In this document: in pieces, positions 34,190 to 49,967 of the stretch | Layout: the number at the start of each line of letters is the position of its first letter | Numbering within the stretch: the first letter of the stretch is position 1 | Source of the DNA: the human T2T-CHM13v2.0 reference genome, Homo sapiens | NCBI RefSeq assembly: GCF_009914755.1 | Contig: NC_060930.1 | Reading direction: 5' to 3' (one strand) | Length of the DNA stretch: 64,000 bases | The notes under the pieces: generated by a model | What the model saw: only the letters and a program-made list of their open reading frames with translations | What the model was told of the DNA's origin: nothing | Database searches by the model: none | Position numbers and translations under genes: made by a program

Positions 34190-34387
34190 CTGTAAGAAAA
34201 GAGTTTTGGAAAATATTTTTATGTCCAAGTCACAAAGTCAAAATATCCAAAATTATAAATAGCCACTTATTCAACCCTTCAAATCAAACAGGCCACATTT
34301 TTCTATTTTGTACACAATTTTAAATAATGTATTTTTTAAATGTTATGATAGAATATAATAAAGATTTAATAATGAACGCTATCTATA

Positions 34388-34605
34388 AAGAGGTTGCAAA
34401 CTCACAGCTTTTGTTTCAAACTATGTTTGTATACATATTTCACTGAGGCCAAACAGTGTTTTTTAAAAATTTGATCTAGTTTGTAACCTTTAACAATCAA
34501 CAAGATCCCAAGAGGCATGAGCTCTCTCAGTGGCCACTCTCGTTCCCAGCCAGCTCCACTCATTTACAACATAGGCTGGGGCCCATCCTCATTGAGTAGG
34601 TAAAC
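34388..34605. mobile_element. MER102-like hAT fragment
   Basis: gaggttgcaaactc...ccagctccactcatttaca...ggccc. Confidence 0.4.
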
Positions 34606-34698
34606 TTTTGTTGACAACAAGGAACTATAAAACAAACTTATTTTTGTACCTGTAAAGTCTTGAGTTTAACTTCTAAGAAGGGAGATGTACCAACTTTT

Positions 34699-34996
34699 CT
34701 TTTTTTTTTTTCGAGACAGGGTGTCTCTCTTGCCGCCCAGGCTGGAGTGCCCTGGCGCAATCTCGGCTCACTGTAACCTCTGCCTCCTGGTTTCAAGCGA
34801 TTCTCATGCCTCATCCTCCTGAGTAGCTGGGACTACAGGCATACACCATCATGCCCAGCTAATTTTTTGTAGTTTTAGTAGAAACAGGGTTTCACCATGT
34901 TAGCAAGGCTGATCTCGAACTCCTGACCTCAGGTGATCTGCCTGCCTCGGCCTCCCAAAGTGCTGGGATTACAGGTGTAAGCCACCACGCCCTGCC
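34699..34996 (-). mobile_element. AluS
   Basis: Poly-T followed by a complete reverse dimer; TSD ccaacttttctt. Confidence 0.9.
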
Positions 34997-35476
34997 CCAA
35001 CTTTTCTTTAATAGAGCAATGCACTAGTCTTCCAAAACTTCAGCACTAAGATTATAAAACATTATTTGCACTAAATGTCCCTTCCACTGAAAAACCTCCA
35101 ATGCCTTTTTCTTATCTGCAAGATATAATCTAAATTATTTGGTTTGGTATTTTAAGGCTCTCTTCAAGCTGGACCAATCTCTTCTTGTCTAACCCAGCAA
35201 ACCCAATCAAGTTCTAACCACTCTTCGTATTTTACGTTAAGTCTCGCTTCCTCTATCATTTCTTTTCCAACCACTTTTTTCCACATCAGTAGCCTTACTT
35301 TCTGATACCTACTGGCACTGCATTTTTATGAGATATATACCTTAGTTCCACTAGGGTTTATATTAGGAATAAGTCTCTTGAAGGAGGGAATCTAGCCAAA
35401 GATCTTTATTTCTCAAAGTACACAGTACATAATAGGCACAAAATATTTGACATGTTGATAGGTGATGAGCAAATTA

Positions 35477-35967
<491 letters not shown>

Positions 35968-36639
35968 TCAATGAGCAGAAAAAAGAAAGTCAATGAACAG
36001 AGGTCAGGGGCTGAAGCTAACATGACTCATGGAACCAGTTACAGGCCATAATGGTTACAAGGGGACTCCCTAACACCCATTCAGAGACGTTATTTAAAGA
36101 CACAGGTCACAGTTGGAAGGACCTTCATAAAGTCAAAACTCTGAAAGGATCACCCTATCCATGAAACCAGGACTATAAAAACTTAGCTTACTGGCCAGGA
36201 AACCCAAGTAGGCATGACATCAACTAAGGCAATGGGGGGAAAGTCACCAGAGGAAATCAGAACCATATGAGGCATGAACCATGCATAGAGTGTGGGCCTA
36301 AATTCACACAACCTTCATGGTTTAGAATCCCACCCTATCCTCATGCCAAAAACTGAAAAAAGAAAAGTAGTCCTGAACTGGTAAAACTTTAGGACCTGGT
36401 AAGAGCAAATGTGAAAACTCTTTGCAGGAATGCTTCCAAAACATACAACAGACTAAACCTTTACTAATGATGCATCACAGTAAAAAGTTACAGACCAGAA
36501 TAGAAAATGAACCATGATGAGAGATAGTCAGTGGACTCACCAAATGGAGGGATTTGCAGCACAAGAACAAGAAATAACAGAATAACCAGAATAAGACTTT
36601 TTCCAAAGAAGGGCAACAAAGCATATATTAAAATAAATA

Positions 36640-36809
36640 GGCTGGGCATGATGGCTCACACCTGTAATCCCAGCACTTTGGGAGGCCCAGGTGGGAGAAT
36701 CACTTGAGCCCGCCGGGGCGGAAGTTGCAGTGAGCCGAGATTGCACCACTGCACTCCAGCCTGGGTGACAGAGCCAGACCCTGTCTCAAACAAACAAATA
36801 AATAAATAA
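36640..36809 (+). mobile_element. Alu monomer (FRAM-like or recombined monomer)
   Basis: ~150 nt of Alu sequence joining left-arm start to right-arm end, with a (CAAA/TAAA) tail. Confidence 0.8.
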
Positions 36810-37008
36810 GGTGTTTCTGTAACACACACTTAATGGATGTGCTCATGAGTCAATGAACCAGATTCACCTCAGGACATATAATAGCAAGTACTGAAGTATG
36901 TCATGTTATAATTGGGGGAAAAATAACTACCTGTTATATTACTTCTTTATTCAAACATTTCACCTACCACAAGTATAAATTTGTCAAATTAAAAAATATA
37001 TATATTTA

Positions 37009-37117
37009 AGGCTGAGGCTGGAGGATAACTTGAGCTCAGAAGTTCAAGGCTGAAGTGAGTCATGATCGTGTCACTGTACTCCAGCCTGGACCACAGAGCA
37101 AGACCCCGTCTCAAAAA
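37009..37117 (+). mobile_element. Alu right-arm fragment (old)
   Basis: ggctgaggctggaggataacttgagc...gcaagaccccgtctcaaaaa. Confidence 0.8.
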
Positions 37118-40100
37118 CAGACAGACAACTTTTTGCCATTCAAGTCTCAATCCTTAACAAAAAAAATTGAAATGGTACAAATCTTTCTTTTACCATATAC
37201 ACTTTATTTCAAAATAGGGCTGCAGATAAATTAAGAACCATTTTCCAAAGAAGTTGACTATTCTCTTTTCAAAAAGAAAAAGAATTAACAAGTTAAACTG
37301 CAAAAATAAAATTTAGGAAATAAAGAACAACCTATAACATGTATTCAAATCAATTGACAAATCAGCTAATTTAGAAGACTATGGATGTGTTATTCCTGGA
37401 AACCATCAAGGGAAGGACAGAAAACCATCTGCCACAGTGGATGAATAAGTTGACTGCTTAATCTCTGGACATCACTTCTCACTCCACGGTCTATAAATTG
37501 CTTCAACTAAGCTCCTCCCCCTTTCTTTATAAAACTGTGTTGTGCATTTTTGGCAAAAAGATTTTAGACAAATTGTGAAAGTCAAATTCTGTTTGACATA
37601 CCAAGCTACAAACTTTGAAACTGTTTCCCAGCTTTTACCATTGTAGATTATAAGATAATATCAAAAGCAAGACTGTCATATGGGCAATATTATGTTTAAG
37701 CTGTGTTAAAGTTAAGCAAAATTTTGCATTGAGGCAACATATGTAAAAGTGAGTTATAAACTGTAAATATATGTGTTATATGTTCAAACTTCTTCAATAT
37801 AGAAATGTAAAATGGATGCTTTAGTTTTTTTCAACTATGGATAAAAATAATATTTAATGCTAATTTTTTCAGGAAATAAAGTTAAAAATGGCAAAAGAAA
37901 TTTTTAAAGGAAGGAAATGCAGAGTCTGATATACCAAAAAAGCAAATATATTTATTCTTTTTCCAGCAGTGCTATTTGGAAAATGTTATAGAAGTTAAAA
38001 CCTGTTTTTGAAAATAAGCAAGGCATAGAAATAAAAAAGAGAAATGTACAAACCCATTGCTAACGTCCTTCATTGATTCTAAACTCCTTTCCAATCTGCT
38101 AAGATGACACATAAAAGTGTTTTAGGGGTGGGGAAGAACATATGGAGAAGAAAGGATAGCTCTCTCTACTTTTCCCTGGGAAATGAAGCTGAAAAAGGGA
38201 ATGGAGCCATTGTCTCAGGACTCATGTGGAGAGCTACGACCAATGCAGAAGTCCAAATTGTCCAGGCGCTGTCTGGACTTTTGCCAAGGCATGGAGGCAA
38301 TTTGTGGTAACCAATGAATATCCCTATGGGCAATGAACCAAGTGTAAAAGATACAATAACTCTATTTTATAAGGAGAATGGGATTCAAAGATAAAATTAT
38401 TTTTCCCACCTGGTGCAAATAAATAAATATTAGTCAGGAACACTTAATTTGTCCAAAAGAGTGATTATAAAATGGATCTTCTGGGAGACATTTTCTTTTT
38501 TTGTTCATTCAAAAAGCTACTTTAAGGACTCACAACATATAAAAATATTATTTTCCATTTAGAATAAGTCAGAATTAGGGGGATCTTCATTTCATTTGTT
38601 GCTTAATCCAATCACTGATAAGCAATGACTATGAAGTGAGAAATTCTCTACACTGAACATTTATACTAGCACAATCAAGGAATACCAAAACAACAGCCAT
38701 TTTAACTTGTATCATGAGACTTTCATACTCCTTAGGAAACAACTTGCTTTTATACAACATGATTTTATTATAATACAACTTAGGTTTAAACCACATCTTC
38801 CATATTATAAAATGCTTAACGAAGTTAAATAATACAATTACAGAGAAAGCAGTAATAGTGGAAAAGAGAAATTAAGAGGTATAGACAAGGGAGAACATAT
38901 GTTTCCTACTGAGATTTGAAGTGAGATGGGGAATCGATGAGGCGGAGAGAAGCAGGATGGCAGGAGCTGCCGAGAAGTCGGCTTGTACTTCGAAGGGAAA
39001 AAGAGGAAGGAAAAGGACTGTTAATAAAATAACAAAGGCAGCAATCAGAATGAACCAGAGCCAGGACAGCGTAAAGGCTAGGTTCACAGTGAGATGAAAG
39101 AACCTGAAAACAAGTTTAAAACTCAAAAGAGGATTATTCTCAAGTTATACTACAGTGAAAAAACATGGAAAAACACAAAAAGGACAGGCAATAAGGCACA
39201 GGCATACATACAAGGCAAATTGTAACACAATATTTACTTGCAAAAGAGCCCACAGAGACATGTCAATGAAGTCATAGAAAAAAAAAAAAAAAGCAAGTTT
39301 AGACAGCTTTGCTACATAGTACCAAAATGTAATTAGAATGCTCAATGTGGTAATGAATCAAGAAAAAAGGCCAACCCTTAAATGCTCATTATTTCTGAAT
39401 CCTGCTGAAACTGATCAAGACATACTATTCTGAGGAAGGACTTTTCTGGTTGAATCTAGAAATCAAAACAGGGGAATGAAAGAAAGCATCAATGGAGAAA
39501 AGAGGGGAATGATAATGTGAATTTGATGTAGCATCTGAAATTCCTATCAGCTCTCTTTCCTGGCTGGCCCCCTCTAGCTTTTACACCAACTTGTGCTCTT
39601 ATGCCCCCTCTTGCCTCTGGTAACTTCTCAGTCTCCTCCCAGGTTTTCTTCTTCCTAATTCTTCTCATATACACAGAGGTACCATTAAAGGAAGGCTGTC
39701 TTTTTGATAACATGATATACAAGAACATTCTATCTAACTTTGAGCCCGCCTTCCCCTTCCCTTTCATGTCCACACCCACTACCCTTGCTGTAGACCCACC
39801 AGAACCTCCACCATGCCCTCAGCAGCACTCCTGCTTTCATGCCTCAGCATCCTGAAATCTTCAACTGAGGCTGGATGGCTCTGGAATGCCCCCTCTCTTC
39901 CAATGCTTGGCACTCTCTTACTCATCCTTCAAGGTCAGGTTCATACTTTATCTACCATGCACCTTTCCTCTGCTCTTATATGTTCGTATTATTTGCTATT
40001 TCTTACATGCTGAAATATTTCTCTACCTGAATAGACTATGAACTCCCCAAGTTCGGAGAACATGCCTTAATTATAACCATACCCTTAGAGTCTAGCACAT

Positions 40101-40667
40101 GCCAATATATGCTCAATAAACATCTGTTGTTTTACGGAGACTGGAAGAGTAGATGGCATAAGAGAATTAAAATGAATAAGTTTAAAATAAACACAGAGAT
40201 GAAACCAGCAACTCTTCCTAAGGCACATGTAAACCAAAAAATGACACAAGAAATGTTCCATATCTTGATACAGAGATAAAGAGAGGAAACGGGTAATAAA
40301 AATTGAAGCGCAATAGGTAAGAATCAAATGTATGAACTTCTTTGAAGCCATCCAAGAAGGAATAGTACATATATTGAAATTTTACTGTTCAAAGAGAATG
40401 AAAAAAGTAGTAACTTCTGTTAGTACAAAAGCAGCTTCTGAATACATAAAAGAGTCTTGACTCTGGTCACAAAGAAACTCTGATTGAAATTAAAGAAAGA
40501 TTCATGAAAGAGATGATTAGAGAGGTAAAAGAAAGCCATTTCCTCAAATACAATGATGTTTTTGCACTCCAAATCTGTGTTAAAACAGTACGTTGATTAT
40601 GGAGAACTGGAAAAACTATGGCTGAAAAAGAATTTCTTAAAGAGATAACCTACAAGTTAAGAGAGAA

Positions 40668-40777
40668 GAGGCGGAGAATGGCTTGAACCCGGGAGGCGGA
40701 GGTTGCAGTGAGCCAAGATCGCACCACTGCACTCCAACCTGAGCAACAGAGTGAGACTCCGTCTCAAAAAAAAAAAA
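40668..40777 (+). mobile_element. 5'-truncated Alu right-arm fragment
   Basis: gaggcggagaatggcttgaacccgggaggcggaggttgcagtgagc...ctc plus A-tail. Confidence 0.85.
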
Positions 40778-41128
40778 GAGAGAGAGAGACAGAAGAGACA
40801 GGCCGTAATATAACAGCAAAGGTAATAAGACAGCTTAATATTGTTCTCGTATTAGATGTGATATAAAGGAGCAAAGGCCAAGCATTAGAAAAAGCTCTGC
40901 TTTTTCTTCATCATAATTATTGATATTCTAATTGTACTAGATCTTAAAAAACTAACATTGAAAAAATCTAACAGTGTCAGCATGGAAACTACTCAGGATG
41001 GTATCTTAAGGCTTTATATGCCTCTCTCTTACTCTAAGTAAATTCTTCCCCAGTTAAAACATTTTTATTATGACTGTATTTTTTAATCAGTAAGGCCCCA
41101 AAGTAGAAAAAATAGGTGGCGTTCTTAC

Positions 41129-41246
41129 CTGAAACATATGGATCAAGAGGAAGACTGGAGACTCCTATCCAGCTTCAAAGCTTCTTGAAAATCCAAGCGA
41201 ATGAAGCAAATGGAGAAGGCAAGGGAACCAGGCCAGGAAGAAAAAT
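41129..41246 (-). other. FBXL4: FBXL4 non-coding 5'UTR exon 2 (118 nt)
   Basis: Acceptor ttttgctctgcttttag at 41248-41247 and near-consensus donor CAG|GTAAGA at 41128-41127. Confidence 0.82.
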
Positions 41247-41874
41247 CTAAAAGCAGAGCAAAAATCTCAAAAACCAGAGGTAAACAGTACCACTCTCTTC
41301 GAGGAATCAAGGTAGATCTCAAAAATGCAAGGAAATAATCCAAAAAGTCTGGAATACATTAGACTGTGCAAAAACCTCTGGTGAGTTAATGAATAAAGGG
41401 CAGGAACTAAGCAAGAGGTACCCAAGAAGTCAAGTAGGAATGAATTTATCAGAAAACAAGAGATAAGATTTAGAACCAATTTAAACTAGGAATTGAGAAA
41501 GGTTACTTCTGCAGAATATGTTCTTTCTTTCCTAGACTTTCTTTAACAAGCATATCTAAACTTCTGAAATATTTCATAATCAATCTTTAGTAGCAAGAAA
41601 AGCAGAAAAAGGAACTGAAGGAATCTTTTTTTTTTTTTTAAGTAGAGCTATAGGATGAGTGGAATGGTTTTTTGTTTTTTTTTTTTCTGATATAATGGAT
41701 CTGGAAACCCTCTTCCTGCCCAACATGCTATCTCACAAAGTGAAAAGAAAGGATATGTTTCTAATTACACAGGTACGATGATACAACATAACTTAGAAAT
41801 AGATTCCACTGTTATATTACCTATATATTACCTTTTTCTTCAGTGTTTAACGATGGGTAAGAATAAGCCATCTG

Positions 41875-42175
<301 letters not shown>

Positions 42176-42781
42176 GAATAAGGCATCTGAATGAGAAGAA
42201 CTGTGACTCTGGAATAACCCTAAATCTTTAGCAGATATGCAATGATATTTAACTAAAATATTAAAAATTGGAGATATCTGGCTGAGGATAAATTTAAGGA
42301 ACTTACTGAAGAAAGAAAAAATGATATTTTGTTTGTTAAAGTCATACTAATTATGTGAATTTACTTTAGCCAAATACTAGCCATATATTTTTGTACATTA
42401 ACATAGAGAACATTTTACCTAGAAAAAAATATAGTGGATTTACACCCTGCCAAACAAAAATCCAAGGACAATACACCTGTCATAGCTTGCCATTATAGCT
42501 AAAATAGCAACTAATTAAAATGGTGTAATACTGTTAAATTAACTTTAGTATAAAATGTACCCCACTTTAAGCATATAATTTGATGAGTTTTGACAATGAC
42601 AGAAACCAACATAACCACCACCAAAATCAAGATACAGAATATTACCACTAGCCTAAAAGGATCCCTGGTCAATCACCCATCCACAACCTATGCCAAGCAA
42701 AAACTGATCTGCTTTCTGTCACTACAAACCAGATTGTCCTTTATTCCAGAATTATATGAAAGTGAAATAATATGGTATGTA

Positions 42782-43215
42782 TGGCTAACCCTTAACACAG
42801 GTTTGAACTGTGTGGGTCCACTTATATGTGCCTTTTCTTCTGTCTCTGCGATCTCTGAAACAGCAAGACTGACCCATCCTCTTCCTCCCTCTTAGTCTAT
42901 TTAACATGACGACAATGAGGATGAATACCTTTATGATGACCTATTTCCACTTAATGAGGAGTAAATATATTTTCTTTTCCTCATGATTTTCTTAATATTT
43001 TCTTTCTCTAGCCTATTTCATTGTAAGAATACAGTATACAATACATATAACATATAAAACATATATTAACCAACTGTATATGTTATCAGTAAGGCTTCCA
43101 GTCAACCATAGGCTATTCAGTGGTAGTTAAGCTTATGGGGAGTAAAAAATTATAGCTGGATCAACTGCATGGGGGATTGGCACCCCTAACCTTCATGTTG
43201 TTTGAGGATCAACTG
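42782..43215 (+). mobile_element. Tigger2a (MER28) non-autonomous TcMar DNA transposon
   Basis: 434 bp bounded by a degenerate TIR (tggctaacccttaacacagg) and gttgtttgaggatcaactg, with TA on both sides. Confidence 0.78.
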
Positions 43216-43304
43216 TATTATTTTGTGTCTAGCTTATTTTGTTCAGTCTATCTTCCAGATTTACCCATGATGCTATGTGTTAAGAGTAGTTCAGTTCCTT
43301 TTTA

Positions 43305-43783
<479 letters not shown>

Positions 43784-45168
43784 TTATATAATTTATGCTT
43801 ATAATAAAGTAAGCTAGAGAAAAGTACTGTTAACAAAATCATAAGGAAGAGAAAATATATTGACTACTCATTAAGTGAAAGTGAATCACCACAAAGGTCT
43901 TCGATCTGATCTTCATGTTGAGTAGGCTGAGAAGGGAGGAGGAAGAGGAGGGGTGGTCCTTGCCATTTCAGGATACAGGGTGAAAGTGATGGAGGAGGTG
44001 TAAAAAGAGGCAGGAGAGGCAGGCACACTCGGTGCAATTTTGTGGAAATATACTATAAATTCTGCCTGACTTTTTGCTATTTCATTTCTCCAAAAATATC
44101 TCTATACAGTACCAATCCTTCTTCCACCATTTGCTTTAGTTTCAGTGTCCATGTCATAGAAGGGTCCATGTTGTAAAAGAAGTCAAAACTGTCCAGAATA
44201 ATTGGAACTTTCTGCCAAATTGTCTAATGTCAATTTGTTTTCTGGCACTGCCTCTTTTATGTCTTCTTCCTCGTCATCTGGCACTAATTCAGAAACACTC
44301 GTCTCCACCAAGTTGTTTTCTGTTAACTCCTTTGGTGTGGAGTCTATTAGCTCTTGAATTTCTCTAAGATCCATATCTTGAAACCCTTCATCCTCCTCCC
44401 CCTGCACCCTTTTTTTTTTTTTTTTTTGCCCTATCTACAATCTCTTTCATGATTTCCTTGATTGGTTCTGTCATATATCCTGTGAAGTCATGTACACTAT
44501 TGGTAGAGTTTTCTTTAGTTTTCTTATTGTTTGAGTCTTGATGGCCTTCACAGTTTTTTCTGTAACAATGGCATATTCAATGGTGTAATCCTTCCAAACT
44601 TACAGGTTCTCTCTGTTGAGGTTCTCATCCATAGAGTTCACAGTTCTTTCCATAGAGTACCATGTATAGTAAGCCTTAAAGTTCCTTACAACCCCCTGAT
44701 CTGGAGGCTGAATTAGGGACATTGCATTTGGGGACATGTGGAATATACTTCGACACCTTCAGTGTTAAACTCGTGGAGTTCTGGGTGGCCAGGGACATTG
44801 TCTGATACCAAAAGAACTTTAAAAGGCAGTCCCTTATAGCAAGGTATTAATACTTCCTGACTTCAGGGACAAAGCATTGATGAAATCAATCAAGAAAAAG
44901 AACTCTGATTGTCCAGGCCTTCCTGTTACATAACGAAAAGACTGATAACTGGCATTTACCTTTTCCCTTTAAGGCTGGGGGTTAGTAGCTTTATAAATAA
45001 GCAGTCTTGATCATAAACCCAGATACATTTGCACAAAACACCAGAGTTAGTCTATCCCTTCCTGCCTTAAATCCTGGTGCTTGCTTTACTTCTTTAATAA
45101 TAAATGTCTTTTGTGGCATTTTTTTTTTCCAGAATAGGGCACTTTGTCTGCATTCAAAACCTGACTGA

Positions 45169-45444
45169 GGCTGGGCACAGCGGCTCATGCCTGTAATCCC
45201 AGTACTTTGGGAGGCCAAGGCAGAAGGATCACTGGAGACCAGGAGTTTAAGACCAGCCTAAGAAACATAGGGAGACCCTGCCTCTACAAAAATAAAAAAT
45301 AAAAAATTAGCTAAGTGTGGTGGTGTGCACCTGTAATCCTAGCTATTTGGGAGGACTGTTTCCACCTCAGGAGGCTGGGGCTACAGTAAGCTGTGATCAT
45401 GCCATTGCACTTCAGCCTGGGTGACAGAGCAAGACCTTGTCTCA

Positions 45445-45475
<31 letters not shown>

Positions 45476-45558
45476 GAGAAAGGAAAAGACAAGACAGGAG
45501 GGAGGGAGGAAGGGAGATGAAATGAAACGAAACGAAATGAAATGAGAGAGAGAAAGAA
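45169..45558 (+). mobile_element. AluJ inserted in Tigger2, with a GA/GAAAT-rich extended tail
   Basis: Old Alu dimer, A-run to 45470, then a purine-rich low-complexity tail. Confidence 0.85.
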
Positions 45559-46699
45559 TCCCATTTAAGCAGATATCCTTTCTCCTCAATTATTTTAATG
45601 GTATCTGGGAAATCATCTGCTGCCTCTTGAACAGTAGCAGCTGCTTTCCTGTTATCTTAACATACATAAAGCCAAACTTCTTTCTACAATTATCAAACCA
45701 TCCTTTGCTGGCATTAAATTCTCTAGCTTTCTATCCTTCACCTTCTTTTTGCTTTAAGCTGTCATACATTAACTTCACTTTCTCTCAAATCATATTAGAG
45801 TCTACAAGCATGTCTTTCTTATAGCAATCCTGCACCCACATAAGAACTGCATTTTCAATATGAGATAAAGTGGTATTTCACAAAAAGTGCAAGGTTTTGC
45901 ACCTGCTGGTATAGTTGTAGCAACAGCTACATAAATTCTCTTTTCTTTTTTCACAGTGGTCCTTTTGCTGGATTCGTTTATCTTGAAATGACAGGTAACC
46001 ATAGCTGCAGACTGTAATCTATGGTACATAACAAGCAATTCCATTTTTGCTTGTAATGTCATGACTTCTCGCTGCTACTTGGAATCACTTCCGACATTAC
46101 CAGTGGCACTTTCTAAGGGTCCCATGGTGTTATTCAAAGTTTATGGTATTACACTAAGCATGATGAAAAATACGTGAGAATCACAAGAAATCACTTCTTA
46201 CTGTAATACACAATTTACTAGAGACAAACTGCTCATGTGTCGATGATTAGCTTCACACAGCATTGGAAGCTGATACCTGCAATATTTAAGCTCACTGCAA
46301 TAGTAACTGGAGGTGATCATCAAATTATTACAGTAGTACAGTATGTACCACAGCTAATTTTATGCAGTTATGATTTAATACTGAATTTACATTTGTTTAC
46401 ATTTCTCTGAACTGCAAATGGAAGCATGTACATTCTGTAAGTGTGTGACTACCTTTTGAAAAAGTTTAATTTTTTATAATATATATGTGTGCTATTCATG
46501 GCAGTAAATTATAAAATAGACTAGTATCTACATATATTTTATTTATTTGTGAAATACCTTTTTTTGATATTTCTAGGCTACACAATTTGCAAGTTTTTCA
46601 AATTGTTGCAAATCTCCAAAATTTTTCTATATTTATTGAAAAAAACTGCATATAAGCATATCTTCACAGTCCAAACCCATGTTGTTCAAGGGTCAGCTA

Positions 46700-47850
46700 C
46701 ATTGGTATATCAATTCAGTTGTTGCTAAACATTTGGCTTGTTTCTAGTATCAAGCCATTTCCAAAGTGGCTGTAGCATTTTACATTCTGACATCAACATA
46801 TGAGAGTTCCAGTTGCTCCACATCCTCATCAATAGTTAATATTGTCAATCTTCATCCATTCTAGTGGGTGGGTGGTGATACCCTGTGGTTTTAATTTGAA
46901 TTTCTTAATTGATTAATGACATGGAACATCTTTTCACGTGCTTATTTGCCATTTATATCTTCTTTAGTGCAGTGTCTATTTTCTAATCTTTTTTTTGTTG
47001 TTGTTTCCTTACTATGGAGTTGTAAGAGTTCTTTACACACACTAGATACAATTTCTTTGTTAGACAGATGTTTTTGCAAATGTTTTCTCCCAGTCTGTGC
47101 TTGCCTTTTCATCTACTTGAAAATATCTTTTTTTCTCTTATGGGATACTTGTACATGTCCTAGCAAACATATTACCGAAGAGCAAGATCAAGTACAGTTT
47201 CAAAAGAGTAAACCCTGAGAAAGTATTTCATCTTAGACCTGGGAAGTATTTGCTCTTAAGGGAAGACCTGGGAAGAGTTAACTACAAATTAATCAAATTT
47301 TAAGATACCAAATTAGATTCTGCAAACATTTCTAGTGGGAATGCAAAATCATATAGCCACTTTGAAAAACAGTTTCACGGTTTATTATAAAGGTCCATCC
47401 GCCCTTACCAAACCATCCAGCAATCCCATTCCGAGGTATTTACTCAAGTGTACTGAAAACCTACATCCAACCAAAAACCTGTATACAAATGTTTATAGCA
47501 GATTTATTCATAATTGTTGCAACTTGGAAACATCTAAGATGTCCTTGACAGATGCATGTACAGTGTTACATCCATACAATGAGTTACTACTCAGGAAAAA
47601 AAAAAAGAAAGAACCACCAATCCAGGCAATAATATAGATGAATCTTAAAATGCATTTTGTTAAGTGACAGAGGTCTGATGCAAAAACTACATATTGTATG
47701 ATTTCATTTATGTGATACTTTGGAAAAGGCAAATAGGAAAGGCAGATAAATCAGTGATTGCCCAGGGTTAAGGGAAGAAAGAGAAATTGACTAAAGTAAC
47801 CACAAAGGGGCCACACAAGGAATTTTTAGGATGATGTAACTGTTCTGTGT
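46700..47850. mobile_element. Old L1M fragments (minus 46700-47130; plus 47330-47850)
   Basis: gagagttccagttgctccacatcctc... (minus) and gggaatgcaaaa...cagcaatcccattccgaggtattt (plus) match L1 ORF2-end/3'UTR motifs. Confidence 0.6.
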
Positions 47851-48716
47851 GCTTTTGTTTTCAGTCAAAACAAGTCAAGCTGTAAATCCGATACTCTAGT
47901 ATTGATTTGGTTATGCACACGCTAGCTTACTTGTCTGTTCTCTTTAAAGATATCTACTAGTTGGCATGTTCTGCCCACTTGTTCTGCCCAGGGCAAAGCC
48001 TGCTCACACAGCCCCAACCACTCATCTTGCCTTAGGAAACTACCTGTCTGGAAAACAGAATAGTGACCTTCATGACATGAAATACTTCAGACCAGGACCA
48101 AGATGGTCAACATAGATCTGCATTTATATGTCTGAATAGAATTAACCATTTTAAAGACAGGGAAACAAGTTAAGCAATTACAGCAAATGGCATTCAGGAA
48201 AAGTTAAAGCCAAAATTAGGACAATAGTTTTTTTTAAAAATCATTGTTTAGTGTTAATTAATAGGTTATAGGATCCATGAAATAAGCACAAACTAACTTA
48301 AAAAAATTCTTAGAAGAGGTGGTGACTGAAATAAATTGAAAATTAAGAGACAAATAAATGACCTAGAGCACATATACAAGAAACCTAACATCTATATAAG
48401 ATAAAGACTGAAGCTAATTTAAGTTCAAGGAAATTCTAAAGGAAAAAAAAAATGGCTCAAACTCTTATTCACATAGAAAAAACAAAATTAAATAAAAAAT
48501 ATTCTAGATATGCAAGTATACTTCCCATAACTCTTCCTGAAACTATTACTTAAAAATGTATGCCAGTTAAAAAAAAAAACAACAGAATTAAATACTTCAA
48601 AAACAGGGAAGACATACTATTCAAGTAACAGTGACCTTATAGTTAAATCTAAGTGATACGATACTAGCAAAATTTTAAAAAATGGTTAGAAAAAAACAAA
48701 CAAACAGAAGAACTAC

Positions 48717-49122
48717 TGATATGGTTTGCATCTGTGTCTGCATCAAAATCTAACAGTGAAATGTAATCCCCAGTGCTGGAGGTGGGGCCTGGAAGGTGAT
48801 TGGATCATGGGGGTGGTTTCTCATGGTTTAGCACTATGCCCCTAGTGGTGTTCTCATATGAGTTCTGAAGAGATCTTTTTGTTTCAAAGCATATAGCGCA
48901 TCCCCCACTCTCTTCCTTCTGCTCCTGCCATGTAAGACCCTTGCTCCTGCTTTGCCTGCCACAATGATTGTAAATTTCCTGAGGCCTCGCAGAAGCCTAG
49001 CAGATGACAGCACCATGCTTCCTGTACAGCCTGTGGAACTGTGAGCCAATTAAACCTCTTTACTTTATAAATTACCCAGTCTCAGGTATTTCTTTATAGC
49101 AATGTGGGAACAGAATATTACA
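48717..49122 (+). mobile_element. MaLR solo LTR (MSTA/MSTB)
   Basis: TGATATGGTTTG...tgtaatccccagtgctggaggtggggcctgg...ataaattacccagtctcaggtatttctttatagcaatg...ACA; 5-bp TSD actac/actat. Confidence 0.88.
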
Positions 49123-49621
49123 ACTATAGAAAAGAAATCAAATCAATAAAACCAAGAATGTAAAGAAGGCAAGAGATCCAGGTCTCAACTTATTAATGGG
49201 AAGAATGAGGGCAAAAAAGAGTCAGTTATAGATGGTTTCAGAATTTCCAAACTTGCAGGAGAGGGGAAAAAATAGTTAATATGACTAGATTAAATTGTCC
49301 TATTAAGAGATAAACCCAATTTTGTACAAGGTAACCTTGTGATGGAACTGTTGTATATTCTGACTGTGGTAGTGTTCACAGGAATCTACATAAAATTACT
49401 TACAACTAAACAGGCACAGGGATGGGTACAAGTAAAACTGGTGAAATCTGAATAAGGTCTATAGATTGTATCAATGTCAATTTCCTGAGTATAATATTGT
49501 ACTGTAGTTATGCAAGGTGTTACCATAGGTGGAAACTGGGTGAATGTACACAGGATCTAGATCTCTGTATTATTTCTTACAACTGTATATGAATCTACAA
49601 TGATCTTTTTTAAAAGTTTTA

Positions 49622-49967
<346 letters not shown>

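Noticed and set aside
38860-39300. Purine-rich, mildly CpG-containing stretch ending in an A-run, as a processed pseudogene
   Set aside because: No recognisable protein, TSD or poly(A) signal next to the A-run; it cannot be supported without a search.
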